Positions 29,334-37,409 of a stretch of 64,000 nt of DNA are shown piece by piece. Made by a program: the position numbers and the translations under genes. Origin of the DNA: a virus. Lineage: Duplodnaviria; Heunggongvirae; Uroviricota; Caudoviricetes. Each line of letters begins with the position of its first letter. The first letter of the stretch is position 1. The stretch lies in IMG/VR virus record IMGVR_UViG_2639762884_000001, one strand, 5' to 3'. The notes under the pieces are model-generated. The model was not told where the DNA came from. It made no database searches and saw nothing but the letters and a program-made list of their open reading frames with translations.

Positions 29334-29557
29334 ATACAACGATAAGATCATTACGGTTAATCGTCGTTCATGTGCACAATGACTGGTCGAAAGGTAGTGA
29401 TCTTACCGTTGTGGTGGATTCGCAGACTGATGCGATAGCTTTCTTGGATGTTAGGGAAATGCGGCCGCAAATCTTCCCTTTCGCGAGCGGTGATCGTCCG
29501 TAGTCCTAATTGGCTGCACCGTATGCCGGAGATTCAGTACCGGCTATCACAACGGCC

Positions 29558-29644
29558 GGAGAGTAGGGAGCATGGTGCTCAAGCGGTCTTGAAAACCGTC
29601 CCATTGCGCAAGCGATGATGGTTCGATTCCATTACTCTCCGCCA
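29558..29644 (+). tRNA. tRNA-Ser (anticodon TGA), type II
   Basis: Acceptor ggagagt/actctcc, anticodon region ggtCTTGAAAAccg closely resembling enterobacterial tRNA-Ser(UGA), long variable arm, T-loop ttcgatt, encoded CCA. Confidence 0.7.
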
Positions 29645-29800
29645 GACACAGCGTTGAGCGGTTTGGCCTTTTAATCAACTCGATTAAGACTCCGCTAACA
29701 TAAACCAGACCGCTCAACGCTGTGATAGACAATTACGGCAGACGTTCTTAACCATAGCTTGCTAACATCCTAGCAACACTTTTTTTTCAGCGCAAAATTC

Positions 29801-29823
29801 AAAGGGGCTTCGGCCCCTTTTTG
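29801..29823. terminator. Bidirectional rho-independent terminator
   Basis: aaa-ggggcttcggcccc-ttttt; A-tract on one side and T-tract on the other, at the 3' end of the minus-strand gene 29830-31050. Confidence 0.6.
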
Positions 29824-29829
29824 GCTGGG

Positions 29830-31050
29830 TTAATTAAAACCGAATGAATTAAGTTCTGCTTTGAATTTATCGACCATTTTTTCAACTTCGTTTACAATTG
29901 CGTGAATCTCTTCGTCTTTTCTCGGATTAGAATTGAGGTCAAAATATGCCTTATATAAGGCATATTTTGACAAGCTTCCTTCAATATTTTCAGAGAAAAT
30001 ATTGGTACGACCATCAGTTAATAAGATATCAGCAGATCGGGAATTTAAATTATATTTATAGTAAATCTTTATTAGTCTGCTTATCTCTTTTTCATTCTTG
30101 ATTACCCTCTGTCTTTTACCAGCAATATTAAGACTCCAGCCTACATAACTAGTCAGATCGGAATTAAACTTACACACTTCCGCATCAGCTTTTTCCATAT
30201 TTAGATTAATATTATTTCTCATGTGTAGCGGTAATTCGTTGAATTTTTGCTGTAAATGCTGTTTGCAGGGATTGTTGTAAGACCACAGAATTGCGAACGT
30301 AGCTCTTTGCATCCGGGTATTCAGATCGATGTTAAAGTTCTCACGATCACGAATCATTTCATCTACATAAAACTCTACAGCTTTTCGGTATTCTTTGTTA
30401 AAGATCTCGGTAACATACATTTCTAAATAATGGACTTTCGAGATTGCCTCATCAAAAAAAAGCTCACTCTCAAAGAAGTTGTATTTATTTAAGAGATTAG
30501 AAAGTCTACTTAAGTCATAGGTTTTATTATTTTCAATATTAAGACCAAAAATGGCAATTAACAGACTTACTTTATGATTAATACTGCTACGTAATTGAGC
30601 TATATAAATTCTCTTTTCATCTTCTGCTGATGACAGTAGATAAAACTCTTTATCTAAATAATTTAAAATTAGAATTATGTGATTTACATATTTAATGTAA
30701 ATAGGTTGTTTTGTTACATAATAATAAATGCTTTTGATGGAATTAATGCTCAATTTCGTATTAAACTCTTTGTCATTCAACAAAGTGTTATTTACGTCCT
30801 CAAGTAATTTATCATGTTGCTCTAGTAATATTCCGTACCATTCTTTAAAAGAGGCTTTTTTCATTTCAAGAAGTGAATCTGCCGTTAATTGTGTTGCCTT
30901 CATTGCAGCTTTTGCACTATTTCTTGCCTCATAAGCAGCCCAAGCAGTAACAAAAGTAGCAAGTGAACCTATAGCCTCTTTGTATTCTTTAGCCACATCC
31001 CAAAAAATAATAGTTATTACACACAATATGAGAATTAATATTAAAGGCAT
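29830..31050 (-). CDS. AT-rich membrane-anchored protein of unknown function (candidate accessory/defence gene)
   Basis: 406 aa; N-terminal TM helix PLILILILCVITIIFW then a helical N/K/Y/I-rich soluble domain; markedly lower GC than flanking DNA; opposite strand. Confidence 0.5.
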   Translation of the reverse strand: MPLILILILCVITIIFWDVAKEYKEAIGSLATFVTAWAAYEARNSAKAAMKATQLTADSLLEMKKASFKEWYGILLEQHDKLLEDVNNTLLNDKEFNTKLSINSIKSIYYYVTKQPIYIKYVNHIILILNYLDKEFYLLSSAEDEKRIYIAQLRSSINHKVSLLIAIFGLNIENNKTYDLSRLSNLLNKYNFFESELFFDEAISKVHYLEMYVTEIFNKEYRKAVEFYVDEMIRDRENFNIDLNTRMQRATFAILWSYNNPCKQHLQQKFNELPLHMRNNINLNMEKADAEVCKFNSDLTSYVGWSLNIAGKRQRVIKNEKEISRLIKIYYKYNLNSRSADILLTDGRTNIFSENIEGSLSKYALYKAYFDLNSNPRKDEEIHAIVNEVEKMVDKFKAELNSFGFN

Positions 31051-31256
31051 GTTATCTATATCGTTAGTTAATTTTGAACATAAATGATACTTAGTCCACC
31101 GCTAAATTTCATCAAATTTGATAATTTTCTTGACGATCATGTCTCAAAATTATTTATACTTGGCATATTTGAGATATATAATAATAGGTAATAACACACC
31201 TATCACATTTAAGCATCAACAAGATAAATTACGGACCCAGACCAGAAAGGAAACTA

Positions 31257-31505
31257 ATGAGAAATATACTTATCTACGGACGAGATAACTGCTCATACTG
31301 CAAACGTGCGGTCGAGCTGGCGAAGAAACTAAAGGGACATGGCTACGGTGATTATGAGTACATCGACATCACCACTGCCGGTATCGATAAGGAAAAACTT
31401 AGCGAAATTGTTGGTAAACCGGTAGAGACTATCCCCCAGGTGCTGATCGATGGCCAGCCGATTGGCGGATACACAGAACTGGCTGCATACGTCAGCACCC
31501 TCTGA
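31257..31505 (+). CDS. Glutaredoxin-like protein (NrdC/NrdH-type)
   Basis: 82 aa with CSYC redox motif near the N-terminus (YGRDNCSYCKRA) and glutaredoxin-like C-terminus (PQVLIDGQPIGGY). Confidence 0.7.
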   Translation: MRNILIYGRDNCSYCKRAVELAKKLKGHGYGDYEYIDITTAGIDKEKLSEIVGKPVETIPQVLIDGQPIGGYTELAAYVSTL

Positions 31506-31509
31506 TTTT

Positions 31510-31533
31510 AACGGCTCACAGGAGCCGTTTTTT
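31510..31533 (+). terminator. Rho-independent terminator
   Basis: acggctc-acag-gagccgt hairpin followed by TTTTTT. Confidence 0.6.
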
Positions 31534-31585
31534 ATTCCCACCAAACTCACACCTGTTTCCATTAAAATTCAAAAAACAACGCCTG

Positions 31586-31618
31586 AATGATTCCATACCT
31601 ACTATGTATGGAATCATT
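31586..31618. promoter_or_regulatory. Perfect 12-bp inverted repeat upstream of the recombinase gene (candidate operator/recombinase site)
   Basis: aatgattccata-N9-tatggaatcatt. Confidence 0.4.
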
Positions 31619-31716
31619 GCTGAAAATGAGTTACTTTTACTCTTGATCCTATAAGAATCTATGCCTAATATACTGTTTACTTATACAGTGCATCGGCGTA
31701 ACTCGGTGATTGTCAT

Positions 31717-32820
31717 ATGAAAAATAGCTTTGACAGAGCACGCGCTGCGGAGAACACCTCAAAAGAGGCGATAGAGTATCTCGAAAGAGCATCTCAAATG
31801 CAGGCCGTTATGATCTCCCAGGTCAGCAATGACATGAGATTCTCGGACGCATTCATGTTATTCACTCGCTTATCTCTGCTGATAACCAGACGTCGGCCAG
31901 AGATCGCTGTTCATTGTATTTTGATACATGTTTTGCCGCACATTGCCGATGTAAAAGTAAGTGACATTAATAGGTTCATGGTGAACCAACTGGTCAACCC
32001 ACTAATACTGGATGGCAAAATTGTTATGGGCCGCCGCGTTTTCTCTCTGATGAAGCAGTTCCTTAGCTGGTGCGCCTTCCAGGGGATGATAGACGTGTCA
32101 CCGTTAAACGATATGTCACTTAACAAAGTTGCCGGTGGCGCAAAGCCCACACCTCGCGAGCGGAAGCTGACCGACGCAGAGGTATGGGTGTTCTGGAATA
32201 TATGGGACTACTTCAATGTGTGTGCTGGTACAAAATGGGCGGCCAGGCTGTGTCTTGTATCAGCAAGACGACCTGACGAAGTACTGCGGGCTAAAAAAAG
32301 TGAGTTCAATCTTAAGCGTGGGGTTTGGAATCAAGGCAAGAGGAACAAATCTGCCCGTGAGCATTCTCTGCCTTTAAGCTCATTAATGCGCACTTGTATT
32401 GAAGAGTTGTTCGAATATGGTAAAGACAGCCAGTGGCTCGTGCCTTCGAATAAAAAAATCGGGAAAGACCTTCCTATGTCTAAAGTGGCAATAGCCCAGG
32501 CATTACGTCGTATTCTGGAACGACCAGAACTGATGGAGCTTGAGCCATTTACACCCCGAGATTTGCGCCGTACTGCGCGTAGTTACTTCCCAGCATTAGG
32601 CATAAGCCAGGAGGTATCACGTAAAATCATGAACCACAGTCTTGAGGGGATAGATCGGGTCTACGACCGGCACGATTATATGGACGAGATGCGAGACGCC
32701 TTAGAAAGTTTCTCGACGTACATCGCATCAATCGTAGAGCAACCGGATTTAGACGAAATTGACCACAAATTTAAGGGAGATCGTCTATCAACAGAGCTTA
32801 TTCGTGTAAATTTTTCATAG
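31717..32820 (+). CDS. Tyrosine recombinase (phage integrase family)
   Basis: C-terminal catalytic region: LVSARRPDEV (Arg box), PRDLRRT, NHSLEGIDRVYDRHDY with terminal Tyr; 367 aa. Confidence 0.65.
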   Translation: MKNSFDRARAAENTSKEAIEYLERASQMQAVMISQVSNDMRFSDAFMLFTRLSLLITRRRPEIAVHCILIHVLPHIADVKVSDINRFMVNQLVNPLILDGKIVMGRRVFSLMKQFLSWCAFQGMIDVSPLNDMSLNKVAGGAKPTPRERKLTDAEVWVFWNIWDYFNVCAGTKWAARLCLVSARRPDEVLRAKKSEFNLKRGVWNQGKRNKSAREHSLPLSSLMRTCIEELFEYGKDSQWLVPSNKKIGKDLPMSKVAIAQALRRILERPELMELEPFTPRDLRRTARSYFPALGISQEVSRKIMNHSLEGIDRVYDRHDYMDEMRDALESFSTYIASIVEQPDLDEIDHKFKGDRLSTELIRVNFS

Positions 32821-33201
32821 AGACTTTATGGCCTCAACAACCTTTTGTGATGCGCCTTTCTCTTTACCGAATCGCTCGTTATATGCAGCAAGAACCTGTT
32901 TTTCGTCCTCGTTAAGAGGAGCAGTGCCTTCTTTGTATAAAAATGCTGCGAGTTCGGGTTGGCGTTCTTCCAGCACCATCATCATAAGACGACTTGGCTC
33001 AATACCCAGTGCCAGCGCCAGCGGACGAACCTTATCGATAGGCAAAGGAATTTTGCCGCTTTTAATTAAAGAAAGGTTGTTGGCGTTTTTATACCCAATT
33101 GTTTTGGCTATCTGGGCCTGGCTCATAGGTGAGGATTCAATCAACCCTGCGATAAAAGCAGCGTAGCGACTTTCTATAAATTCAATCTTGTTATCAGACA
33201 T
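32815..33201 (-). CDS. XRE-family helix-turn-helix transcriptional regulator (repressor-like)
   Basis: HTH MSQAQIAKTIGYKNANNLSLIKSGK near N-terminus; 128 aa; convergent with the recombinase gene. Confidence 0.6.
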   Translation of the reverse strand: MSDNKIEFIESRYAAFIAGLIESSPMSQAQIAKTIGYKNANNLSLIKSGKIPLPIDKVRPLALALGIEPSRLMMMVLEERQPELAAFLYKEGTAPLNEDEKQVLAAYNERFGKEKGASQKVVEAIKSL

Positions 33202-33231
33202 GGTTACAACCTTTGCGCGTTCAATTCTCTC

Positions 33232-33245
33232 TGGTAAGTGCTTAC
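33232..33245. promoter_or_regulatory. Palindrome ggtaagtgcttacc in the promoter region of the XRE regulator (copy of the dispersed motif core)
   Basis: Located about 30 bp upstream of the regulator start codon on the minus strand. Confidence 0.4.
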
Positions 33246-33452
33246 CGATATTACATCAAAGGTTAGGGTTGTAAAGCTATTATCATTTTTTTCGATAGGC
33301 ACTTAAAAGACCGGTTAAAGGCCATTGCACGGAGAAAAATTAGCCCAAAACAGGTAAGAAAATCAACTTGCATATGATATGTATGTATTCAGTATTGATA
33401 CAAATTTTAGTAGTATTCCTTACCATAGTATAAGTTAGAATGGATTGATTGA

Positions 33453-33665
33453 ATGAACACCACTATTTCCAGCCTAATCGCTCTTGAGATCGGACACGTA
33501 CAGAAATTAGCTGATGAGTGTGTAGCTGACATCCTCACCGATCTACCGAATGAGCAGATTCAGGTTGGTGTGAATGACACAACTGGATTTATATTCGAAC
33601 TTAACAACAAACGCTTCACGCTTCTCAATACCGGCTCCGGGTCTTTAGCCGTCAGAATCTGTTAA
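33453..33665 (+). CDS. Hypothetical small protein
   Basis: 70-aa ORF. Confidence 0.3.
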   Translation: MNTTISSLIALEIGHVQKLADECVADILTDLPNEQIQVGVNDTTGFIFELNNKRFTLLNTGSGSLAVRIC

Positions 33666-33763
33666 CCCCTCTTCTCCCTGCGCGAATGGCTTAGTTCCCT
33701 GTTCGCGCAGTGCTACATTAAACACACTAGTAAATAATTTGTTTTCATAACAAAGGATTAGCC

Positions 33764-35872
33764 ATGTCTAAAAAACGTTCCATCAAAGAGGTTCAGGACT
33801 TCCGTGACAGTGTAAAACGAGTAGTCGCTCTCCTTTCAGGTAAAAACATCCCTGTTGCAGAACGAGGGGACGACGCTTATGTACGCTATAACGATGATGG
33901 AGAGCCAATTCTCGTAAACATCCCATCAATCCCGGATAACGCAACACCGGCATTGATGAATGCTGTGCGCGGATTTCTCGATCATGAGGTTGCTCACATT
34001 TTGTTTACCGATATTCGTGTGTCCAACAAAATGAGAGAAAAAGGACGCGTTCCTTCCTGGTCGCTATGGAATGCCTTAGAAGACGTGTTCATCGAGCGAA
34101 AAATGGGTCAGGTCTTTAACGGAACAAGACGTAATCTGATGGCAACTCAGCGCCTTATAATCGAAAAAGTCTTTAAACCAAAGGCTTCAGAGGCTATTGC
34201 TTATTGTGGCAAAGATCAGCGCGCGCTTTTTCTAAACTTCTTTCTCTGTCCGGTTGTAAGAGCCTGGGATGGCCAAGCACCGTTCGTAGATTTCATGGAT
34301 GAATATTGGCCTGTCATTGAGAAACCAATTTCATTATTAAAAGAACATGGTATCGATGTGGCCGTGCGTAACATGTCTTGCACCGAGGATTGTGTAAAGG
34401 TGGCTGCGACCATAGCTAAGATCCTCAAAGACACTGAAAGTGAAAGCAAAGGTAAGGAGTCAGCTCCGGGAAAAACTTCCGATCCTTCAGACGCTGACCA
34501 GACGGATGCCTCTGGAGAAAACAATGAAGACAACGAAGATCATGAGACACCCTCAGCGTTAGATAATCACAAATCTATCAAATCAGAATCACACAGTAAG
34601 CACAAACATGATAATAACGACAGTGATGATTCAGATAATTCTGAATCATCAGAAACAATATTCGATGATACAGAAAATGATAAAGAGGTATCAGATTCTG
34701 ATGCTTCTGATAACGCGGTGTCAGAATCATTTACCGCTGACCACGAAAAAAGAAAAACGACAGAAGACGGCTCTTCAGATATTCCAACTCCGTCAAAAAT
34801 GAGTCTGGAAGAGGCTTTAGAGGAGCTGGATAGCATAGAAGATGAAGTCGGAGGCATGACAGAAGATGCTCTATCCGAAACGATTAAAAGCGAGTTAACA
34901 GAAAGCTCGAAAAGCGAATACAGGCCATACAATCGCTCATACGACTTCATCGGCTCGATTGATCAGGCAGAAGCCCATATCAAACGGCTTATTAAAACAT
35001 TCTCCGATATTGATTTAGGAGGATATCCAATCAGCCGCTATCGCATCGTTCCTGAAGGCAACCAGCTCTTCGACAAATATATTGAAAAGCATCTTTCGTC
35101 AGGTGTTTCGTCGACGCTGGCAAAAGACCTGGAGCGAGCAATAGCAAGCAGAAACAGAGTTCAGTTTATACCGGGCCAGCGTCGGGGGCGCATTCATGGT
35201 TCTAGTATCTACAGATTAGCAATGAATGATGATCGCGTGTTTCGTAAAAAAGAAGAATCTAAAGCCGTTAACGCCTGTGTTCAACAAGTGATTGATTTAT
35301 CAGGTTCAATGAGTGGTATAACGATACAATTGGCTCTTGCAAGTGCATATACCATCGCCGATGCCCTTGATCGAATAAATGTTCCCAACATTATCACCGG
35401 CTTCACTACATTTGGTAGTCATATGGCGGCAGGAGAACTTAAGGCTGTCAAGTATGAGTTCTCTCGCTTTGAATCTTTAATGCTACCTATCATCAAAAAT
35501 TGGAATGAAAAGGTAAATTCTCGCGAAGTTCGCTCACGTATGGGGTGCGTAGGCTACACATTCCCACTTCTTAATAACGTGGATGGTGAAAGCATAGCCA
35601 GCCTTGCATCGTTATTTTCCGGTCGCATGGAGGACAGGAAGATCATGCTTGTTCTGAGTGATGGCGCGCCGTGGGCTGTTGGGAGAGGTTTTGACGCTCA
35701 TTTGCGTTCGGTTGCGAAGCAAATTGAAACGCAGACTGACATTGATTTGATGGCAATTGGCATCATGACTGACGCACCGGAGAGATTTTACTCAAATCAT
35801 GCCCTGGTAACGAGCGTTGATAGTCTTGGTTCATCTGTAGTTACTGAACTATCTCGTATCATTTTAAAGTGA
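33764..35872 (+). CDS. von Willebrand factor A (VWA) domain protein, CobT-like
   Basis: MIDAS motif VIDLSGSMSG in the C-terminal half; long acidic Asp/Ser/Glu-rich low-complexity linker (about aa 240-350); paired with a CobS-like AAA+ gene. Confidence 0.6.
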   Translation: MSKKRSIKEVQDFRDSVKRVVALLSGKNIPVAERGDDAYVRYNDDGEPILVNIPSIPDNATPALMNAVRGFLDHEVAHILFTDIRVSNKMREKGRVPSWSLWNALEDVFIERKMGQVFNGTRRNLMATQRLIIEKVFKPKASEAIAYCGKDQRALFLNFFLCPVVRAWDGQAPFVDFMDEYWPVIEKPISLLKEHGIDVAVRNMSCTEDCVKVAATIAKILKDTESESKGKESAPGKTSDPSDADQTDASGENNEDNEDHETPSALDNHKSIKSESHSKHKHDNNDSDDSDNSESSETIFDDTENDKEVSDSDASDNAVSESFTADHEKRKTTEDGSSDIPTPSKMSLEEALEELDSIEDEVGGMTEDALSETIKSELTESSKSEYRPYNRSYDFIGSIDQAEAHIKRLIKTFSDIDLGGYPISRYRIVPEGNQLFDKYIEKHLSSGVSSTLAKDLERAIASRNRVQFIPGQRRGRIHGSSIYRLAMNDDRVFRKKEESKAVNACVQQVIDLSGSMSGITIQLALASAYTIADALDRINVPNIITGFTTFGSHMAAGELKAVKYEFSRFESLMLPIIKNWNEKVNSREVRSRMGCVGYTFPLLNNVDGESIASLASLFSGRMEDRKIMLVLSDGAPWAVGRGFDAHLRSVAKQIETQTDIDLMAIGIMTDAPERFYSNHALVTSVDSLGSSVVTELSRIILK

Positions 35873-35967
35873 ACAAAACAGCCTTAACGATAAGTAACCA
35901 CTTACGATAGATAATGATATATTTATATAAGAAGTTGAACGCTCATTAGAAAACAAAGGAAAAACGC

Positions 35968-37203
35968 ATGACTACTACTGCACTGCAAAATGAAAAAAAT
36001 CCTTCTGATTACCTTGTTTGCAAGTGGTGCGGAAAATCATTTCACTATTTTAAGTCCCATGTAGCCAATGGTAATTGCGAGGGCATTCCTGAGTCAGTAA
36101 AAGATGCCGATCCTGACACCGTACTGAAAATGTACACAACACAGTTTCCAGATGAGCCAACGCTATCGAAAAAGGCACTTGATGCAATTCAAGCTAAACG
36201 TGCCGAGCAAAAAAGCGAAATGGCCAAATCATCTGGCGTGACCAGTAGCCCAGGCTACACAGGCACAGTTGAGTACAAGACAGATCTGGTCGCAGCTCAC
36301 GAACTGCTAAATGTAACGGTGAAAGAACTCGGAACAAAACGTGGGACGCCGCTCATGGTTAGCGTCAACGTCAATACGCCGTTTCCAGAGTTCGTTCCAG
36401 AAGTGAAGAAGGGATACGTATATGGCGACTTCGAACTGATCAAAGACATTTTCATGATGCTTGAACTTGGCATACCTGGCTATTTGTGGGGTCATGCAGG
36501 AACAGGCAAATCTTCATTGCCTACACAACTATGTGCTTTGCTCAATCGTCCGTTAATCCGTGCCCAACATACAGCATCAATGGAAGAGGCTCATGTTACG
36601 GGACAAATTCTGGCGCGTGATGGCTCTACGTATTTCGAGCCTGGCTTGCTTGCGCTCGCAATGAAGCATGGCTGGGTTTACCTCGCGGATGAATACGACT
36701 TTGCGTTTCCACAGATTCTTGGCGTGTATCAGCCAGTGCTGGAAGGTGAAGCGTTGGTCATCAAAGAGGCGACTCCAGAATGGCGTCGCATTACTCCGCA
36801 TGAACGGTTTGCTTTCATTGGCACTGGCAACACGAACGGATCTGGTGATGAAACCGGCTTGTACCAGGGTACAAACATCCAGAACGCCGCGAACTTTTCG
36901 CGTTTTGGCATCGTTTCGAATGTGAAATACATGAGCAAAGAGGCAGAGATCAACATGTTGATAAATGCCGGTATCGTGGATGAATACGCAGAAAAGATGG
37001 TTAAGTTTGCCGGTATCGTTCGCGATGGATACGAAGAACACCTTATCAGTCAGCCAATTGGCCCTCGTGAACTTTTGTTGTCGGCCAAGATTGGAATGAT
37101 GCGAGGCGACTTTGTGACAGGTATTGAGCGTTCTTTCATTAACAAACTCCCTTCAGCTTCTGCACAAGCGGCTCGTGAAGTTGTTCAAAAAATATTTGGT
37201 TGA
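35968..37203 (+). CDS. AAA+ ATPase, CobS/MoxR-like
   Basis: Walker A GHAGTGKSS, Walker B VYLADEYDF; N-terminal Cys/His cluster CKWCGKSFHYFKSH...C. Confidence 0.6.
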   Translation: MTTTALQNEKNPSDYLVCKWCGKSFHYFKSHVANGNCEGIPESVKDADPDTVLKMYTTQFPDEPTLSKKALDAIQAKRAEQKSEMAKSSGVTSSPGYTGTVEYKTDLVAAHELLNVTVKELGTKRGTPLMVSVNVNTPFPEFVPEVKKGYVYGDFELIKDIFMMLELGIPGYLWGHAGTGKSSLPTQLCALLNRPLIRAQHTASMEEAHVTGQILARDGSTYFEPGLLALAMKHGWVYLADEYDFAFPQILGVYQPVLEGEALVIKEATPEWRRITPHERFAFIGTGNTNGSGDETGLYQGTNIQNAANFSRFGIVSNVKYMSKEAEINMLINAGIVDEYAEKMVKFAGIVRDGYEEHLISQPIGPRELLLSAKIGMMRGDFVTGIERSFINKLPSASAQAAREVVQKIFG

Positions 37204-37409
37204 TCGTGCGTAAAGGATGTTTCGGCTCTCTTATCGCTGCTTCTGAAACTGGTAAGGCTTGTCTGGTGTGTCCAGACAAGCCCGATTGTCACCAGTCAGC
37301 AAAAGAAGTTGCGATTTCGATGCATGGGAAGTTCGTAGGCTTCCCCAATGACAAAATCAAAAAAACCAGAAAGGTAAAAACACATGAAGGCACTGATGGT
37401 TCGAACTGA
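37200..37409 (+). CDS. Small cysteine-rich (zinc-ribbon-like) protein
   Basis: 69 aa with CLVCPDKPDC. Confidence 0.3.
   Translation: MIVRKGCFGSLIAASETGKACLVCPDKPDCHQSAKEVAISMHGKFVGFPNDKIKKTRKVKTHEGTDGSN

Noticed and set aside
29034-29732. Short ORFs 29034-29216 (-), 29113-29295 (+), 29216-29503 (+), 29547-29732 (-)
   Set aside because: They overlap the four tRNA genes and the structured spacers between them; the translations contain tRNA-derived sequence
31717-32820. Taking the tyrosine recombinase as proof of chromosomal integration (classical prophage)
   Set aside because: The same window carries a complete iteron replicon and partition genes, so plasmid maintenance with the recombinase acting as a multimer resolvase is at least as likely; left open as a finding
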